A stretch of 38,741 nucleotides of DNA, from the NCBI GenBank assembly GCA_050261575.1, contig JBLNDL010000025.1, positions 79,115 to 117,855 of the forward strand, written 5' to 3'. The DNA comes from Sphingomonadaceae bacterium. Lineage in GTDB: Bacteria > Chloroflexota > UBA6077. The notes under the pieces were generated by a model. It did not search any database, was not told where the DNA came from, and saw only the letters and a list, made by a program, of their open reading frames with translations. The position numbers and the translations under genes were made by a program. How positions within the stretch are numbered: the first letter of the stretch is position 1; every line of letters starts with the position of its first letter. Below, one piece after another: positions 17,287 through 27,741 of the stretch.

Positions 17287-19242
17287 TCAGCTCGCTCGCA
17301 TGAGGTGAGGGATGAGGTCTCGGTAAAGACGTCCCTGGCGATAGACCAGCCGGAAGTACTCCTCTCCCGCCATCAGCTTGAGTCCGAATCCCGCATTTGC
17401 CATTCTCTGGACATGCTCGGGACTCTCCATAGACGAACGAAAGACGCTCTCCAGCTTCCGCGCTATCTCTTTGGGGACGCCCCTAGGAGCTGCTATACCT
17501 CTGGTGGAGGCCATCATGAGAGTGGGGTAGCCTAGCTCCGCCGTCGTTGGCACCTCCGGCAGCAGGTCGAACCGCTCTTTAGTATAGACGGCGAGCACTC
17601 GCAGCTTGCCGGTTCTGACGGCAGGAAGGGTGATTCCCGGGGTGAAGAAGGCAACGTCCGTCTCGCCCCCGAAGAAGCGCGCGATGTGCGAAGCGCTGCC
17701 CTCGTAGTGGACGAAGCGGAAGCGGATGTCGGCCACCTTTTCCAGCAACAGCGCTCCGAGGTGGGCAGGCGTGAGCGGGCCAGAGGTACCGACGGTGATC
17801 TGTTCTGGACGGCGTTTCGCATCCTCGATGAGCTCTTGCAGGCTCTTGTACGGACTTTCTGGTCTGACGAACACCGCAGTGGGATCGTAGACCTGGTTGA
17901 TGATAAAGGTGAACGAATCCAGGCCGAACGGTGGCTTCTGTCCGGGTGAGAGGATCTTGGAGTTGAAGGCCGGCAGGTTGACGAAGCCCAGATGATAGCC
18001 GTCAGGCTCCTGCGCGGCGAGTTCGGCTAACCCCACCTGGGAGCAGGCCCCCTCTCGGTTCACGACGACGATCGGCTGTCCCAGCTCCTTCTCGGCGATC
18101 GACGCCACGATGCGCGCGCCGAAGTCCGTCGTGCCGCCGACAGGCCAAGGCACCATGAGGGTAATCGGGCGGCTGGGGAAGTCAACCGCACCACCGGTTC
18201 GCACGGCGGTGCAGGCTGTCTGGCTGTCTCGTCCGGCCAGCGCCTTCGGTCCGACTTCGGAGGAAGAGGTACTCCACCGACGCAGGCCGTCTCCCAGGAC
18301 GCCCATCATTCGCCGCGTTCGGTCTCCGATCGGCATCAAGTGAACGAGGCTGAACCTATCGTCGGCAGCGAGTCGCGCCTGCCAAAGGTGGACGGTGTAG
18401 GGTCCTATCTCGGGGTGATCGACCTTAAGCAACTGGTGGTCGAGCGACTCGGGTTCCATCGGCCCGACTCGATTGCTCCTTGGATCCTTCCAGATCGCCA
18501 GCAGGTGCCCGTCGGACAGCACTTCTTTCATCAACGACCGATACTGAGGGGAGTGCTGCCAATAGCGCAACACGGAGCGGAAGAGTGCTACCTCGCGTCG
18601 GGCGAAGCTGTCGTAATTCTCGATCACCTGCCGCAACCACCACCCGATCGGATGATCGAGAGACAGCAGTTGCACGCACCTCAAGCCTCGGGCTTCGTCG
18701 AGGAATGCCTCACGCCGGGGGTATCCGAAGAAGGCGTAAGCCATCAAGTCGTTCAGATCCCAGAACCGCTGCTCTTGGTCCACGAGGGCAACGGGGTATT
18801 GGGCCGACTGGAGAAACGGTCTTGCAAGGCGGACAGCGGCATCCACCTCCGCGGGACTTGGCGATGGCGGGGGCGCCAGGTAGCCGGCCACGCTCAGCAG
18901 CCGGCACCGGTCCTCCCAGGGGAGTTCGAGGGCATCGCAGATGCGCTGCAGAGTCTCGCAGGTCGGCAACTGGTGCCCGCGCTCGATGCGGTTGATGTGA
19001 GACTTGTCGCTCCCTATCGCAACAGCCAGATCCTCCTGGGCCCAGGGCCTGCCGTTGTGTATCTGGCGTCGGCTCAACCGCAACGCCCGAATCCATTCCC
19101 CCAACTGTCTTTGGTGGGAGAGCTTCCAATAGCGCCAGTCGCGCTCCGGGATGTCTTCTGGCACCGATGGCGCCAAGACTTCACGCAGTTCGGACTTGAG
19201 GCCCATGACTTCTGGATGCGTGGCAGGATGCAGACAGTCCAT
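17287..19242 (-). CDS. XRE-HTH/MmyB-like regulator fused to a C-terminal TctC/Bug domain
   Basis: WAQEDLAVAIGSDKSHINRIERG HTH; YPVALVD...WDLN PAS-like region and DHPEIG; Bug domain from about 18186. Start may be 19206. Confidence 0.85.
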   Translation of the reverse strand: MDCLHPATHPEVMGLKSELREVLAPSVPEDIPERDWRYWKLSHQRQLGEWIRALRLSRRQIHNGRPWAQEDLAVAIGSDKSHINRIERGHQLPTCETLQRICDALELPWEDRCRLLSVAGYLAPPPSPSPAEVDAAVRLARPFLQSAQYPVALVDQEQRFWDLNDLMAYAFFGYPRREAFLDEARGLRCVQLLSLDHPIGWWLRQVIENYDSFARREVALFRSVLRYWQHSPQYRSLMKEVLSDGHLLAIWKDPRSNRVGPMEPESLDHQLLKVDHPEIGPYTVHLWQARLAADDRFSLVHLMPIGDRTRRMMGVLGDGLRRWSTSSSEVGPKALAGRDSQTACTAVRTGGAVDFPSRPITLMVPWPVGGTTDFGARIVASIAEKELGQPIVVVNREGACSQVGLAELAAQEPDGYHLGFVNLPAFNSKILSPGQKPPFGLDSFTFIINQVYDPTAVFVRPESPYKSLQELIEDAKRRPEQITVGTSGPLTPAHLGALLLEKVADIRFRFVHYEGSASHIARFFGGETDVAFFTPGITLPAVRTGKLRVLAVYTKERFDLLPEVPTTAELGYPTLMMASTRGIAAPRGVPKEIARKLESVFRSSMESPEHVQRMANAGFGLKLMAGEEYFRLVYRQGRLYRDLIPHLMRAS

Positions 19243-19403
19243 AGGAGTGCCTTATAGAATCGACTTCATTATCCCACAGCGGATTGGGCGAGCCAAGCCC
19301 GCGGTCGAACCCGCGGTCTTCGGGGACACCACCGCACCGGGCAAGGGACGAAAGACGGCGCCGAGCCCTGAGATCGGGCCCGGCGCACGGATTCCTCGCT
19401 CCG

Positions 19404-19979
19404 TCAGCAACGGGAGGCCCCGTCCAGACCCAACTCCTCTGCAATGGACTGCATGGCCCTGATCACGAAGCCGATGTGCTCATCCAGGGGAATACCCATC
19501 GCCTCGGCCCCCTGCACGATGTCCTCCCGACTCACCGCGCGGGCGAAAGCCTTGTCCTTCATCTTCTTTCGTACGGATGAAGGCTCCACGTCCATCACGC
19601 TCTTGCTGGGGCGAACCAGCGCGACGGCCGAGATGAAGCCCGTCAGCTCATCGACCGCGAAGAGGGACTTCTTCATCGGGGTGTCGCGGGGGATGTTCAT
19701 GTAGCTGGCATGGGAGGCCACGCCCTCCACGATCTCCTCGGGCCATCCACGCTCCCGCAGGATCCTCACCCCCTCGTACACGTGCTTGTCCCAGGTGGGG
19801 TTCTGCTCGTAGTCGAAATCGTGGATCAGCCCTACCACGCCCCACTTCTCTTCGTCCTCGCCGAACTTTCGAGCGTAGGCCCGCATCGCCGCCTCCACGG
19901 CGAGGGCGTGTTTGATCAGGCTGTCGCTCTGGGTGAACTCGGTGAGCAGCTTCATGGCGTCTTCTCGAGTTGGTTGCAT
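19404..19979 (-). CDS. HD-domain metal-dependent phosphohydrolase
   Basis: KHALAVE, GLIHDFDYE, SHA, AVDELTG, KDKAFARAVSR. Confidence 0.9.
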   Translation of the reverse strand: MQPTREDAMKLLTEFTQSDSLIKHALAVEAAMRAYARKFGEDEEKWGVVGLIHDFDYEQNPTWDKHVYEGVRILRERGWPEEIVEGVASHASYMNIPRDTPMKKSLFAVDELTGFISAVALVRPSKSVMDVEPSSVRKKMKDKAFARAVSREDIVQGAEAMGIPLDEHIGFVIRAMQSIAEELGLDGASRC

Positions 19980-20069
19980 AGCGGCCTCGATGGTATGAGA
20001 TTAGCGGTATTATAGGGTACTGATGTACAATGCGCAGCCCAGCAAGTATCTTGGGGGCTGTCTCCACCC

Positions 20070-21587
20070 ATGTCGCGTCGCACCAACACCCGCGCTGTCA
20101 CCGTGGCCGTCATCACGGCCACCTTCCTGGCCGCCCTTGACACCACCATCGTGGGTACCGCCATGCCCACCATCATCGGCACTCTCGGTGGGCTGGCGCT
20201 CTACAGTTGGGCCTTCTCTGCCTACCTCCTCACCTCAACCACCACAACGCCCGTCTTCGGCCGCCTCTCCGACGTGTACGGCCGCAAGCCGGTCTTCCTT
20301 GCGGGGGCATCCCTGTTCGTCGTGGGATCCGCCCTGTGCGGCCTCTCCGCCTCGATGGAGCAGTTGATCCTCTTTCGAGCCATCCAGGGATTGGGGGCAG
20401 GCGCCGTGCTCCCAACCTCCATCACGGTCGTCGGAGACATCTTCACCATCCAGGAGAGGGCCCGCATCCAGGGGCTCCTCAGCGGGGTCTGGGGCGTCTC
20501 CGCCATCCTGGGGCCAGCCGTGGGGGGCATCATCGTCGATCGGCTCGACTGGCGATGGGTGTTTTACGTCAATCTGCCGTTCGGCATCCTCTCCATGCTG
20601 CTCTTCTCGATCTACCTCCGCGAGATGGTGGGTGCCCGACGCCGCTCCATCGACTACTACGGCTCGACGCTGATGGCGGTCGGCGTCGCCGTCCTGCTCC
20701 TGGGGCTGCTGCGACTGGGCGAAGACGGGAGCGGCATCCCCGTTCCGCCGTGGGCACTGCTGGCCGCCTCGGCCGCTCTGCTCGGGCTCTTCCTTCGGCA
20801 CGAGTCCAGGATCGAGAACCCCATCCTACCCCTCGAGCTCTTCCGCAGCAGGGTCGTGTCGGTCTCCAATGCCGTGGGCTTCCTGATCGGCGCAGTCCTT
20901 CTGGGAGTAAGCTCCTACGTGCCACCGTTCGTCCAGGGGGTCCTGGGCGGGACAGCAATGAACGCCGGAGCCACCCTCGCTCCGATGTCCATCGGTTGGC
21001 CAGTGGGCAGCACGCTGGGTGGAAGGCTGCTGCTCCGCTACGGCTATCGCCCCATCGTACTGCTTGGGTCGGCACTCATCCTGGCCGGTTCCCTTCTGCT
21101 GCTGCCCGTGGGGGCCGGCTCGTCTCAGCCGTTCCTAATGTCCGTGATGATGGTGATCGGCCTCGGTATGGGGTTTAGCACCACCGCTTTCCTGGTCGCG
21201 GTCCAGTCCTCGGTGGGCTGGAGTCAGCGGGGTGTGGCCACCGCCTCCACCCAGTTCTTCAGAAGCGTCGGCAGCGCCGTGGGGGTCGCCGCGATGGGGA
21301 CGCTTATGAACGATGGACTGCTCCACGGGATGCAGAGGATCGCCCAGGACCGGCCGGGACTCGTGGCCCCCGACGCGTCCGTGTCCGCAGCCAGCATCGT
21401 ACTGGATCCGGCCTCCAGAGCAGCGCTCCCAGCCGATCTCCTGGACGCGATCAGGCTGGCGCTCGCATCCTCACTGCATGCCGTCTACGTCGCCATCGCC
21501 GTTGCCGCGCTCCTTGGGATGGTGCTAACCCTGCTCTTCCCCGGCGGCAGCGCGGAAGACTACGCCCACAGTGATCGGGACGGCTAG
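20070..21587 (+). CDS. MFS drug-resistance transporter (DHA2/EmrB-like, 14 TM)
   Basis: LDTTIVGTAMP, GRLSDVYGRK, FRAIQGLGAG, WRWVFYVNLP. Confidence 0.93.
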   Translation: MSRRTNTRAVTVAVITATFLAALDTTIVGTAMPTIIGTLGGLALYSWAFSAYLLTSTTTTPVFGRLSDVYGRKPVFLAGASLFVVGSALCGLSASMEQLILFRAIQGLGAGAVLPTSITVVGDIFTIQERARIQGLLSGVWGVSAILGPAVGGIIVDRLDWRWVFYVNLPFGILSMLLFSIYLREMVGARRRSIDYYGSTLMAVGVAVLLLGLLRLGEDGSGIPVPPWALLAASAALLGLFLRHESRIENPILPLELFRSRVVSVSNAVGFLIGAVLLGVSSYVPPFVQGVLGGTAMNAGATLAPMSIGWPVGSTLGGRLLLRYGYRPIVLLGSALILAGSLLLLPVGAGSSQPFLMSVMMVIGLGMGFSTTAFLVAVQSSVGWSQRGVATASTQFFRSVGSAVGVAAMGTLMNDGLLHGMQRIAQDRPGLVAPDASVSAASIVLDPASRAALPADLLDAIRLALASSLHAVYVAIAVAALLGMVLTLLFPGGSAEDYAHSDRDG

Positions 21588-21745
21588 CGAGAGCGTCGCC
21601 CCGCGCAGGCGGTGCCGTGCCACCGTCCATTGGAGGTGCACTGCCACGCTGAGCAATCCGTGGCCTTTGCGGGCCACTAGCAAGTATCTCTAGATAGGCT
21701 ACACGTTTCTCGCCAGAGAAGCCGACACGAACTGGAGATAACTGC

Positions 21746-21940
21746 TTAGATCTGCTTGCCCAGCTCACGCCAGATGTCGTCCATCTCCTGATACACCTGA
21801 TCCGGTATCTTCTGCAGAACGTCGACGACGTCCTGGGGAGCCCGGTTTCGAAGGGCGGTATCGATGATCCCCTGCTTGCTGGAGGGCAGGTCGAGACCTT
21901 TCAGGTACTGCACCACCGAGCGCAAGGTCTGAGGGCTCAT
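21746..21940 (-). CDS. Small DUF2795-like protein (64 aa)
   Basis: ATG 21940 after GGAGGA; YLKGLDLPSSKQGIIDTA...APQDVVDVLQKIPDQVY. Confidence 0.8.
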   Translation of the reverse strand: MSPQTLRSVVQYLKGLDLPSSKQGIIDTALRNRAPQDVVDVLQKIPDQVYQEMDDIWRELGKQI

Positions 21941-22027
21941 GCTCAATCCTCCTAGTGGGATCCGAGGGTAGATAAACCCGTCGACCACCGCACGCCGGTT
22001 CGCGCCGGTGTCGATCCGGTGGAGAAG

Positions 22028-22043
22028 AGCAAGAGGTGTGCCC
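22028..22043 (-). promoter_or_regulatory. Sigma54-type promoter upstream of the DUF2795-like gene
   Basis: Minus strand GGGCACACCTCTTGCT (GGCAC-N5-TTGCT). Confidence 0.6.
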
Positions 22044-22128
22044 GGATCGGGCGCGCCGTGGCTCGCCCTGGCTCGCCGGGAGGCTCGCCCTCCACAGACC
22101 CTCGTCGTGGATACGCCTGACAGACCGT

Positions 22129-23277
22129 TCAAGGTGCAGTCGTGACCCGGAGGAATTCGTCGTAGCTCCCTGCGGAGGAGATCCTCCACACGAACTCGCC
22201 CACGGACGGACTGGCGGCCCGCAGGCGGCGCAACCGGTCTCCGATGTCGTCCCCAACGGCTCCGCCGACAGGCATCTCGTCGGAGTAGCTGCCATGGAAG
22301 GCGAAGTACGCCTGGTTCAGCTTCCGCAGTTGATAGCCCTCCTGTTCCAGGCTTTGCCTGGCGCTCTCCATGAAGCTCTCCGCCTCGTCCACTTTCCCAT
22401 CCGCAAGCAGCGAGTCAACCATCCTCCGCACCTCCCTCATGAACGCCCTGAAGGAATCCTGTTGGGACGCCGGACGAGGCTGCTCAGGGACTCTTCCCCT
22501 GTAGTACCGACGGTACACCTCGTCGCCCACCTCGCGCCCCAGGATTTCGGCAGCGGTCTCGTTCACGACTACCATCTGCTCGTCCCCCTCCGCACCGAGG
22601 GCGTACTTCCAGCCGAGGGGTCTAAGTGCGAAGAACTGGTGCGCCCACTCGTGGGCCACGGTTCGCAGCGTCCAACCGACCTCGGAGCCTTTCGGCACCA
22701 TGCTTGGGTAGATACCCAGCCCACCAATGGGCGTGACCAGCGCCGAGAAGCCGTCCCTGGAGACCGCTTCTTCCAGACCCTCGGCGTCGGCGAGGCTGAT
22801 CTCGGGACGCAGCAAGACGGTGGAGAGCCGCTCGATCCTTTCACGGGGCGACACGACGAGCAGCTTAGGGGGAGCCTCGAAACGGAACAGTACGGGAGGA
22901 AAGAGCAGGTCGGCGCCCAGCACCCGCAGGCCCAACCCCTGCCCCACCAGCGCTTCGCCCACCTGCTGCTGGATCAGCAACTCCACCCCGGGCTCGAGAG
23001 CCTCCAACTCCAACGGGTGAGACGCCAGACCAGCAGCGGGCCGCCCGGTCACCGAGAAGTAGTCCACCGCCCCCTCTACGGTAGCGGGTGTGCCGGTCAC
23101 CGCCTGGTACGCCTTCGCCACGGCGTTCTCCACCATCCAGCCTGCCACAGTCTCCGAGTTGGACGCTGCCTTACGGGTGAAATGGTAGGAGGGTGAGGAT
23201 GGGGTGGCGGCAGACAAGCCCAGCAGCAGCGGGAGCGCCGCTATCGCCAGTAGCTTCGGCAGCCAGCTTCTAGCCAT
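22129..23277 (-). CDS. Exported putative zinc metallopeptidase (gluzincin-like)
   Basis: Signal-like N-terminus; AHEWAH followed by NETAA; LNQAYFAFHGSY. Confidence 0.7.
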   Translation of the reverse strand: MARSWLPKLLAIAALPLLLGLSAATPSSPSYHFTRKAASNSETVAGWMVENAVAKAYQAVTGTPATVEGAVDYFSVTGRPAAGLASHPLELEALEPGVELLIQQQVGEALVGQGLGLRVLGADLLFPPVLFRFEAPPKLLVVSPRERIERLSTVLLRPEISLADAEGLEEAVSRDGFSALVTPIGGLGIYPSMVPKGSEVGWTLRTVAHEWAHQFFALRPLGWKYALGAEGDEQMVVVNETAAEILGREVGDEVYRRYYRGRVPEQPRPASQQDSFRAFMREVRRMVDSLLADGKVDEAESFMESARQSLEQEGYQLRKLNQAYFAFHGSYSDEMPVGGAVGDDIGDRLRRLRAASPSVGEFVWRISSAGSYDEFLRVTTAP

Positions 23278-23446
23278 GGAGAGAACACCGTTCCGGCAAG
23301 GAATCCCTGGCGGCGACCATTCTACGGGTGGCTGTTACGGTTTTGCAACGTCTTCGCTTCCCCTTTTTATGCGACTGCAACGGCCCGCATGGTACCTTCC
23401 TCGCGCCGCGAGCACCAATGTCAAAGAGGACGTGGGGCGAGGAGCG

Positions 23447-23842
23447 ATGGAGCACTTCGAAGCAGCGGCAAAGCGCGGCGGCCTCAAGGTGCTGGTAGCC
23501 GAAGAGGATGCGCGACTGCGTCGCATAGTTCGTTTGAACCTGGAGCGAGAAGGGTTCGAGAGCCTGGAGGCCACGTCCCTATCGGAGTGCCAGGCTGCCC
23601 TGCAGAAGCACGAAATCGCGTTGGTCATCGTCAGTTCCCAGTTGCCTGGGTTCGATGCCGGCGAATTCTCGGCCTGGCTTCGTTCTCATTTCCCGTCGAA
23701 CCCCATTCCCGTGGTCATCCTCTCTTTCGAACCGGAAGACAGGTTGCTGGCTCTGAGATTGAGGATTGCCACGTTCTGGCTGAAGCCGTTCGATCCTGGC
23801 GAGTTGATAGGGCAGGTGTCGCGGCTGCTACAGACAGCCTAA
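23447..23842 (+). CDS. Stand-alone atypical receiver-domain protein
   Basis: ATG 23447 after GAGGAG; KVLVAEED, IPVVILS, KPFDP; Ser at the phosphoacceptor position. Confidence 0.8.
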   Translation: MEHFEAAAKRGGLKVLVAEEDARLRRIVRLNLEREGFESLEATSLSECQAALQKHEIALVIVSSQLPGFDAGEFSAWLRSHFPSNPIPVVILSFEPEDRLLALRLRIATFWLKPFDPGELIGQVSRLLQTA

Positions 23843-23991
23843 CGCGGTATCGAATCTGCTAAGACCAGCCGTCTGCACGAGGGGGTGCAGCCACCGCGAG
23901 GTGGATGGCGAGGCAATGATGCCCTCGCCGCCCTTTTCGCGACCGATACAACATCTTCGTGCTGAGAGCCTGCACAATGGCGTGCGGGCTC

Positions 23992-24705
23992 TCAGGCTGT
24001 CGAGACATCCTCCTCGTCCGCCAGCACGTAGCCGACGCCGGGCACCGTCCGCAGGAACCTCGGGCGGGATGGATCCTCCTCGATCTTCCGACGGAGCCGA
24101 CTGACCCAGACCCGCAGGTACTCAACGTCGTCCCTGTACTCTGGACCCCAGGTGCGCACCAGCAGGTCCTCATGCAGCATCACCTTTCCGGCGTTGAGCG
24201 CCAACTGCTGCAGAAGCTGCCACTCCGTGCGGCTCATCTGCACCTCTTTTCCATCCACCACCACCTTGCGGCGTTCGAAGTCCACCACCAGGCCCGCCAC
24301 CGTGAACCGCGCGCGGCTGGCCTTCGCGCCGCTGGCGGCGGCCGTCCGTCTCAGGACAGCCCTCACTCTCGCCGACAGTTCATCGGGACTGAACGGCTTG
24401 GTCAGGTAGTCGTCGGCCCCCAGGTCGAGCCCTCGCACCTTGTCGGCATCGCTCCCCCTGGCAGTCAGCAGTATCACCGGCACAGACGATCGCTCGCGGA
24501 TTCGCTGAAGCAGTTGAAACCCATCCAGGCCCGGCATTATCACGTCCAACACCACCAGGTCTGGCGTCTCGGTCTCCAGCATCCCTTGTGCCGAAAACCC
24601 GTCCGGCGCGGTGAGCACCCGGAACCCGGCAGCTTCCAGTTCTGCCCTCACGAATCGCAGGATGCGGGGCTCGTCGTCGACCACCAACACGGTCTGCTTT
24701 CTCAC
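23992..24705 (-). CDS. OmpR/KdpE-like response regulator
   Basis: [53 protein letters not shown]. Confidence 0.95.
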   Translation of the reverse strand: MRKQTVLVVDDEPRILRFVRAELEAAGFRVLTAPDGFSAQGMLETETPDLVVLDVIMPGLDGFQLLQRIRERSSVPVILLTARGSDADKVRGLDLGADDYLTKPFSPDELSARVRAVLRRTAAASGAKASRARFTVAGLVVDFERRKVVVDGKEVQMSRTEWQLLQQLALNAGKVMLHEDLLVRTWGPEYRDDVEYLRVWVSRLRRKIEEDPSRPRFLRTVPGVGYVLADEEDVSTA

Positions 24706-26858
24706 CTAGCCTCCTCCACCAACGGCAGCGTAAAAGCGAACGTGGACCCGCACCCCGGCTCGGACTCCACCCAGATCCTCCCCCCGTGGGCCTCGACCAG
24801 GCGGCGACAGATGGCGAGCCCCAGACCTACACCTCCCGTCTGCCCAACCCGAGCGTCGGAAGCCCGCTGGAATCGGTCGAAGACCCGCGCCTGGTCCTGG
24901 CTGGAGATGCCGATCCCGTGGTCCTCCACCACCACCATCACCATCTCCTCGGCCACCCTCCCCGAGAGCGATATCTCTCCTCCTTGCGGGGAGTACTTCA
25001 CCGCGTTGTCCAAGAGGTTCCTCAGCACCTGCTCCACCCGTAGGGGATCCGCCTCGGCGGGAGGCAACGATGCCGGGAAGTCCAGCCGGAACCGATGGGA
25101 GGGGGCACGCGCCTCGACCTCCGCCACTACCCGCGCGGCCAGCTTGCCGACCTGAACCGGCTCCGTCGTGAGCCGCAGCGCCCCGGCCTCCGCCCTGGAG
25201 AAGTCCAGGAGGTTCTCCACCAGCCGGTAGAGCCGGTCCGCCTCCTCGTCCACGTCTTGCACCAACTCCATCCGCGTCTTCTCATCCAAAGTGGAATAGT
25301 GACGCAAGAGGGTTCGCGCAGCCCCTTTGATGGAGGTCAGGGGAGTCCTCAACTCGTGGGACACTAGGGAGACGAACTCGTCCTTCAGTTGCTCGGCCTC
25401 CTTCACCTTGGTGATGTCCTGGAAGACCACGACCGCCCCGGACACCCGTCCCTCCAGATCCCGGAAGGGGGCGCTGTTCACGAGGACCGGAACCTTCCTT
25501 CCATCCGGACGGTGGATAACGACCTCCACTCCAAGGCATACCTCGCCATGTCTGATGGAACGGCTGAGCGGAAGCTGTTCCCAGGAATAGAGGGCGCCAT
25601 CCGGGGTGTGCAGCCCCAGGGAGGAGGCTTCGTCCTCCGGCGCGATGTCCCATATTCTCTCGATCCCCAGCAACTCCATTCCGGCTCTGTTGATCGTGGA
25701 TATCTTGCCCTCGCCGCCTTCGGCGATGATCACCCCCTCGGGCATGCTGTCGATGATCACCTGCAGGAACCGGCGGCCGGCCTCGGCCCTGAGTCGCTGC
25801 GACACCGCTTCCTCGTAGAGCCGCGCGTTTTGAATGGCGATCGTGGCCTGCTTGGCGAAGGCCATCAGCAACTGCGCGTCCTCCTGCCGGAAGCGAACCT
25901 TGCTCCTGTTGCCGATGTATAGAATCCCGAGCAGGTCGGTGCCGTTGCTGAGTGGCACCCCGATCTCCGAGATCAGGCCCTCCTTTCGAACGGCATCCAT
26001 CGGTGGATCCTTGAAGATGACCTCCCGAGGGTAGTCGTCCACGATGATCGGCTCCCCGCGCTTCACCACCACGCCCGCCAGTCCCTGCTCGCGGCCAAGG
26101 CGGAGTCGGCGCATAGCCTCCGTCCGGAGTCCTTCCGATGCCACCATCTCCACTTCCTGCCCATCTTCCGATAGGAGGCCCAGGAAGCTGGTGTCGCTAC
26201 CCAGCAGCTCCCTGGCCTTGTGCACGATCGAGTTGAGGATCTCGGACAGGGCTAGGTTGGCGGAGATGTCCCTCCCGATTTCGAACAGAGCCGTGACCTG
26301 AGCCGCGCGCCGCTCGGAGGCAGCGTACAGGCGCGCGTTCTCCATGGCGGTGGCAGCCTGGTTGGCGAGCCCCTGGATCAGCCTCATCTCCTTCGGGGAG
26401 GGACCGCTAACAGGTCCAAGCCACCCGGCGGCCAGCACTCCCAGGGCCACTCCTCGGAACAGCAGGGGAACGGCGAGCGCAGAGGATGCCCCGACCTGCT
26501 TCGCGAGCCGCGACGGTGGCTGCTCGCGCTCGACCTCCCCTACCCATACCGGCTTACGAGTTCGCAGGGCCCTCGCCAGGAAGGGGTTATCCACCAGGGG
26601 CAACCTGGACCCCTCCAGCAGCACCAGTGGGCGGTGCCCCTCCCCGGCCCCCGCCACCAGCACCAGTTCCCCCTCGTCATCCTCCGCCAGCTCGGCCACG
26701 ACGACCCAATCCGCCGCAGCAATCCGCAGGAACTGATAGGCCAGCGTGCCGAGCACCTGGTCCCGCTCGAGCGTGGAGTTCAGCAGGCCGGCAACCTCGA
26801 GGAGCATCTCGGCCTGGAAGGTCCACCGTCCACCGTCGCCTTCGGATCGAAAGCCCAC
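24702..26858 (-). CDS. Cytoplasmic GAF-GAF-PAS histidine kinase
   Basis: Two GAF-type ends ([16 protein letters not shown]), [28 protein letters not shown]; 4-nt overlap with the regulator. Confidence 0.94.
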   Translation of the reverse strand: MGFRSEGDGGRWTFQAEMLLEVAGLLNSTLERDQVLGTLAYQFLRIAAADWVVVAELAEDDEGELVLVAGAGEGHRPLVLLEGSRLPLVDNPFLARALRTRKPVWVGEVEREQPPSRLAKQVGASSALAVPLLFRGVALGVLAAGWLGPVSGPSPKEMRLIQGLANQAATAMENARLYAASERRAAQVTALFEIGRDISANLALSEILNSIVHKARELLGSDTSFLGLLSEDGQEVEMVASEGLRTEAMRRLRLGREQGLAGVVVKRGEPIIVDDYPREVIFKDPPMDAVRKEGLISEIGVPLSNGTDLLGILYIGNRSKVRFRQEDAQLLMAFAKQATIAIQNARLYEEAVSQRLRAEAGRRFLQVIIDSMPEGVIIAEGGEGKISTINRAGMELLGIERIWDIAPEDEASSLGLHTPDGALYSWEQLPLSRSIRHGEVCLGVEVVIHRPDGRKVPVLVNSAPFRDLEGRVSGAVVVFQDITKVKEAEQLKDEFVSLVSHELRTPLTSIKGAARTLLRHYSTLDEKTRMELVQDVDEEADRLYRLVENLLDFSRAEAGALRLTTEPVQVGKLAARVVAEVEARAPSHRFRLDFPASLPPAEADPLRVEQVLRNLLDNAVKYSPQGGEISLSGRVAEEMVMVVVEDHGIGISSQDQARVFDRFQRASDARVGQTGGVGLGLAICRRLVEAHGGRIWVESEPGCGSTFAFTLPLVEEAR

Positions 26859-26941
26859 CTCGTCCTACTCCCTTCCGCGCCGACCACGCGGTGCTCTCTT
26901 CATGATAGCCCAGCCCCTAGCTCGCCGCCACTCCCGCGACC

Positions 26942-26950
26942 TGCTACAAT
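26942..26950 (+). promoter_or_regulatory. Extended -10 element upstream of BON-nfo-GDPD
   Basis: TG-C-TACAAT in the divergent intergenic region. Confidence 0.4.
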
Positions 26951-27144
26951 CAGCTTCGGACCGTTGTGCCTTGTGGCGGATGGTCCACCAACTCGGGCTG
27001 CCATCAAGGAGCCGGCCGCAGCGCCGAGCCAGTTCGTGCACGTCCCTCGCGCCGGTGATCGGATAGCCCGCCGTACCCGGCGGCATCTTGGCCGGATCCC
27101 CGCGCCGGGACGCCCGGCTCCTCGCCGTGAGGGAGTCTTGAAGG

Positions 27145-27741
27145 ATGACTGGAGCGAAGAAAGAGCCCGCGGACGAGAGGTTGACCCACGCCGTGAAGTC
27201 AGCCCTTTGGCGGTCAGAGCCGATACGGGCACTGGACCTGGATACCATTCACGTGGTAGCTCGCGGAGGCACCGTGGTGCTGCGAGGCCTGGTGGCCAGC
27301 GATGCCCACAAGCACGCCGCCGCACAGCTTGCCCGCGGCGTTCCAGGTGTGGCCGACGTGGTCAACGAGCTGGTGACCGACGTGGAGCTGGAGCGGCACG
27401 TCGCTTTGGCCCTCGCCTCTGATCGAACCACCCGCGGCCAAAGGATCTCAGTGAAGGTTGCCGGGGGCGTGGCCAGCCTGTACGGCGCCGTGCCCGCACC
27501 CGCAGTCGCCGAGCAGGCCAGGCGCGTGGCGCTCGGCGTTCCCGGACTCATCGGCGTCGAGAGCCATCTGCGCGTGGTTCCGCCCGGCGACACGGTCATC
27601 CTGGCGTGGCAGCACAGCGTCGAGGGCCGTCCGCAGCGTCCCCAGACCCCAGTCCAGCAGGGGGAGGCTCCCGACGGGCCGTCCGATCGAGCCGCGCCGG
27701 CCGACCCCGCGCCCGCCACGAGGTTGGAGGGGGCGGCATGA
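27145..27741 (+). CDS. Double BON-domain protein
   Basis: GTVVLRGLV...VPGVADVVNEL and GVASLYGAV...VPGLIGVESHLRV; no clear signal peptide. Confidence 0.85.
   Translation: MTGAKKEPADERLTHAVKSALWRSEPIRALDLDTIHVVARGGTVVLRGLVASDAHKHAAAQLARGVPGVADVVNELVTDVELERHVALALASDRTTRGQRISVKVAGGVASLYGAVPAPAVAEQARRVALGVPGLIGVESHLRVVPPGDTVILAWQHSVEGRPQRPQTPVQQGEAPDGPSDRAAPADPAPATRLEGAA

Noticed and set aside
23992..26858. Calling the pair kdpD/kdpE
   Set aside because: The regulator is KdpE-like, but the kinase lacks KdpD sensor, Usp and TM domains and no kdpABC is present.
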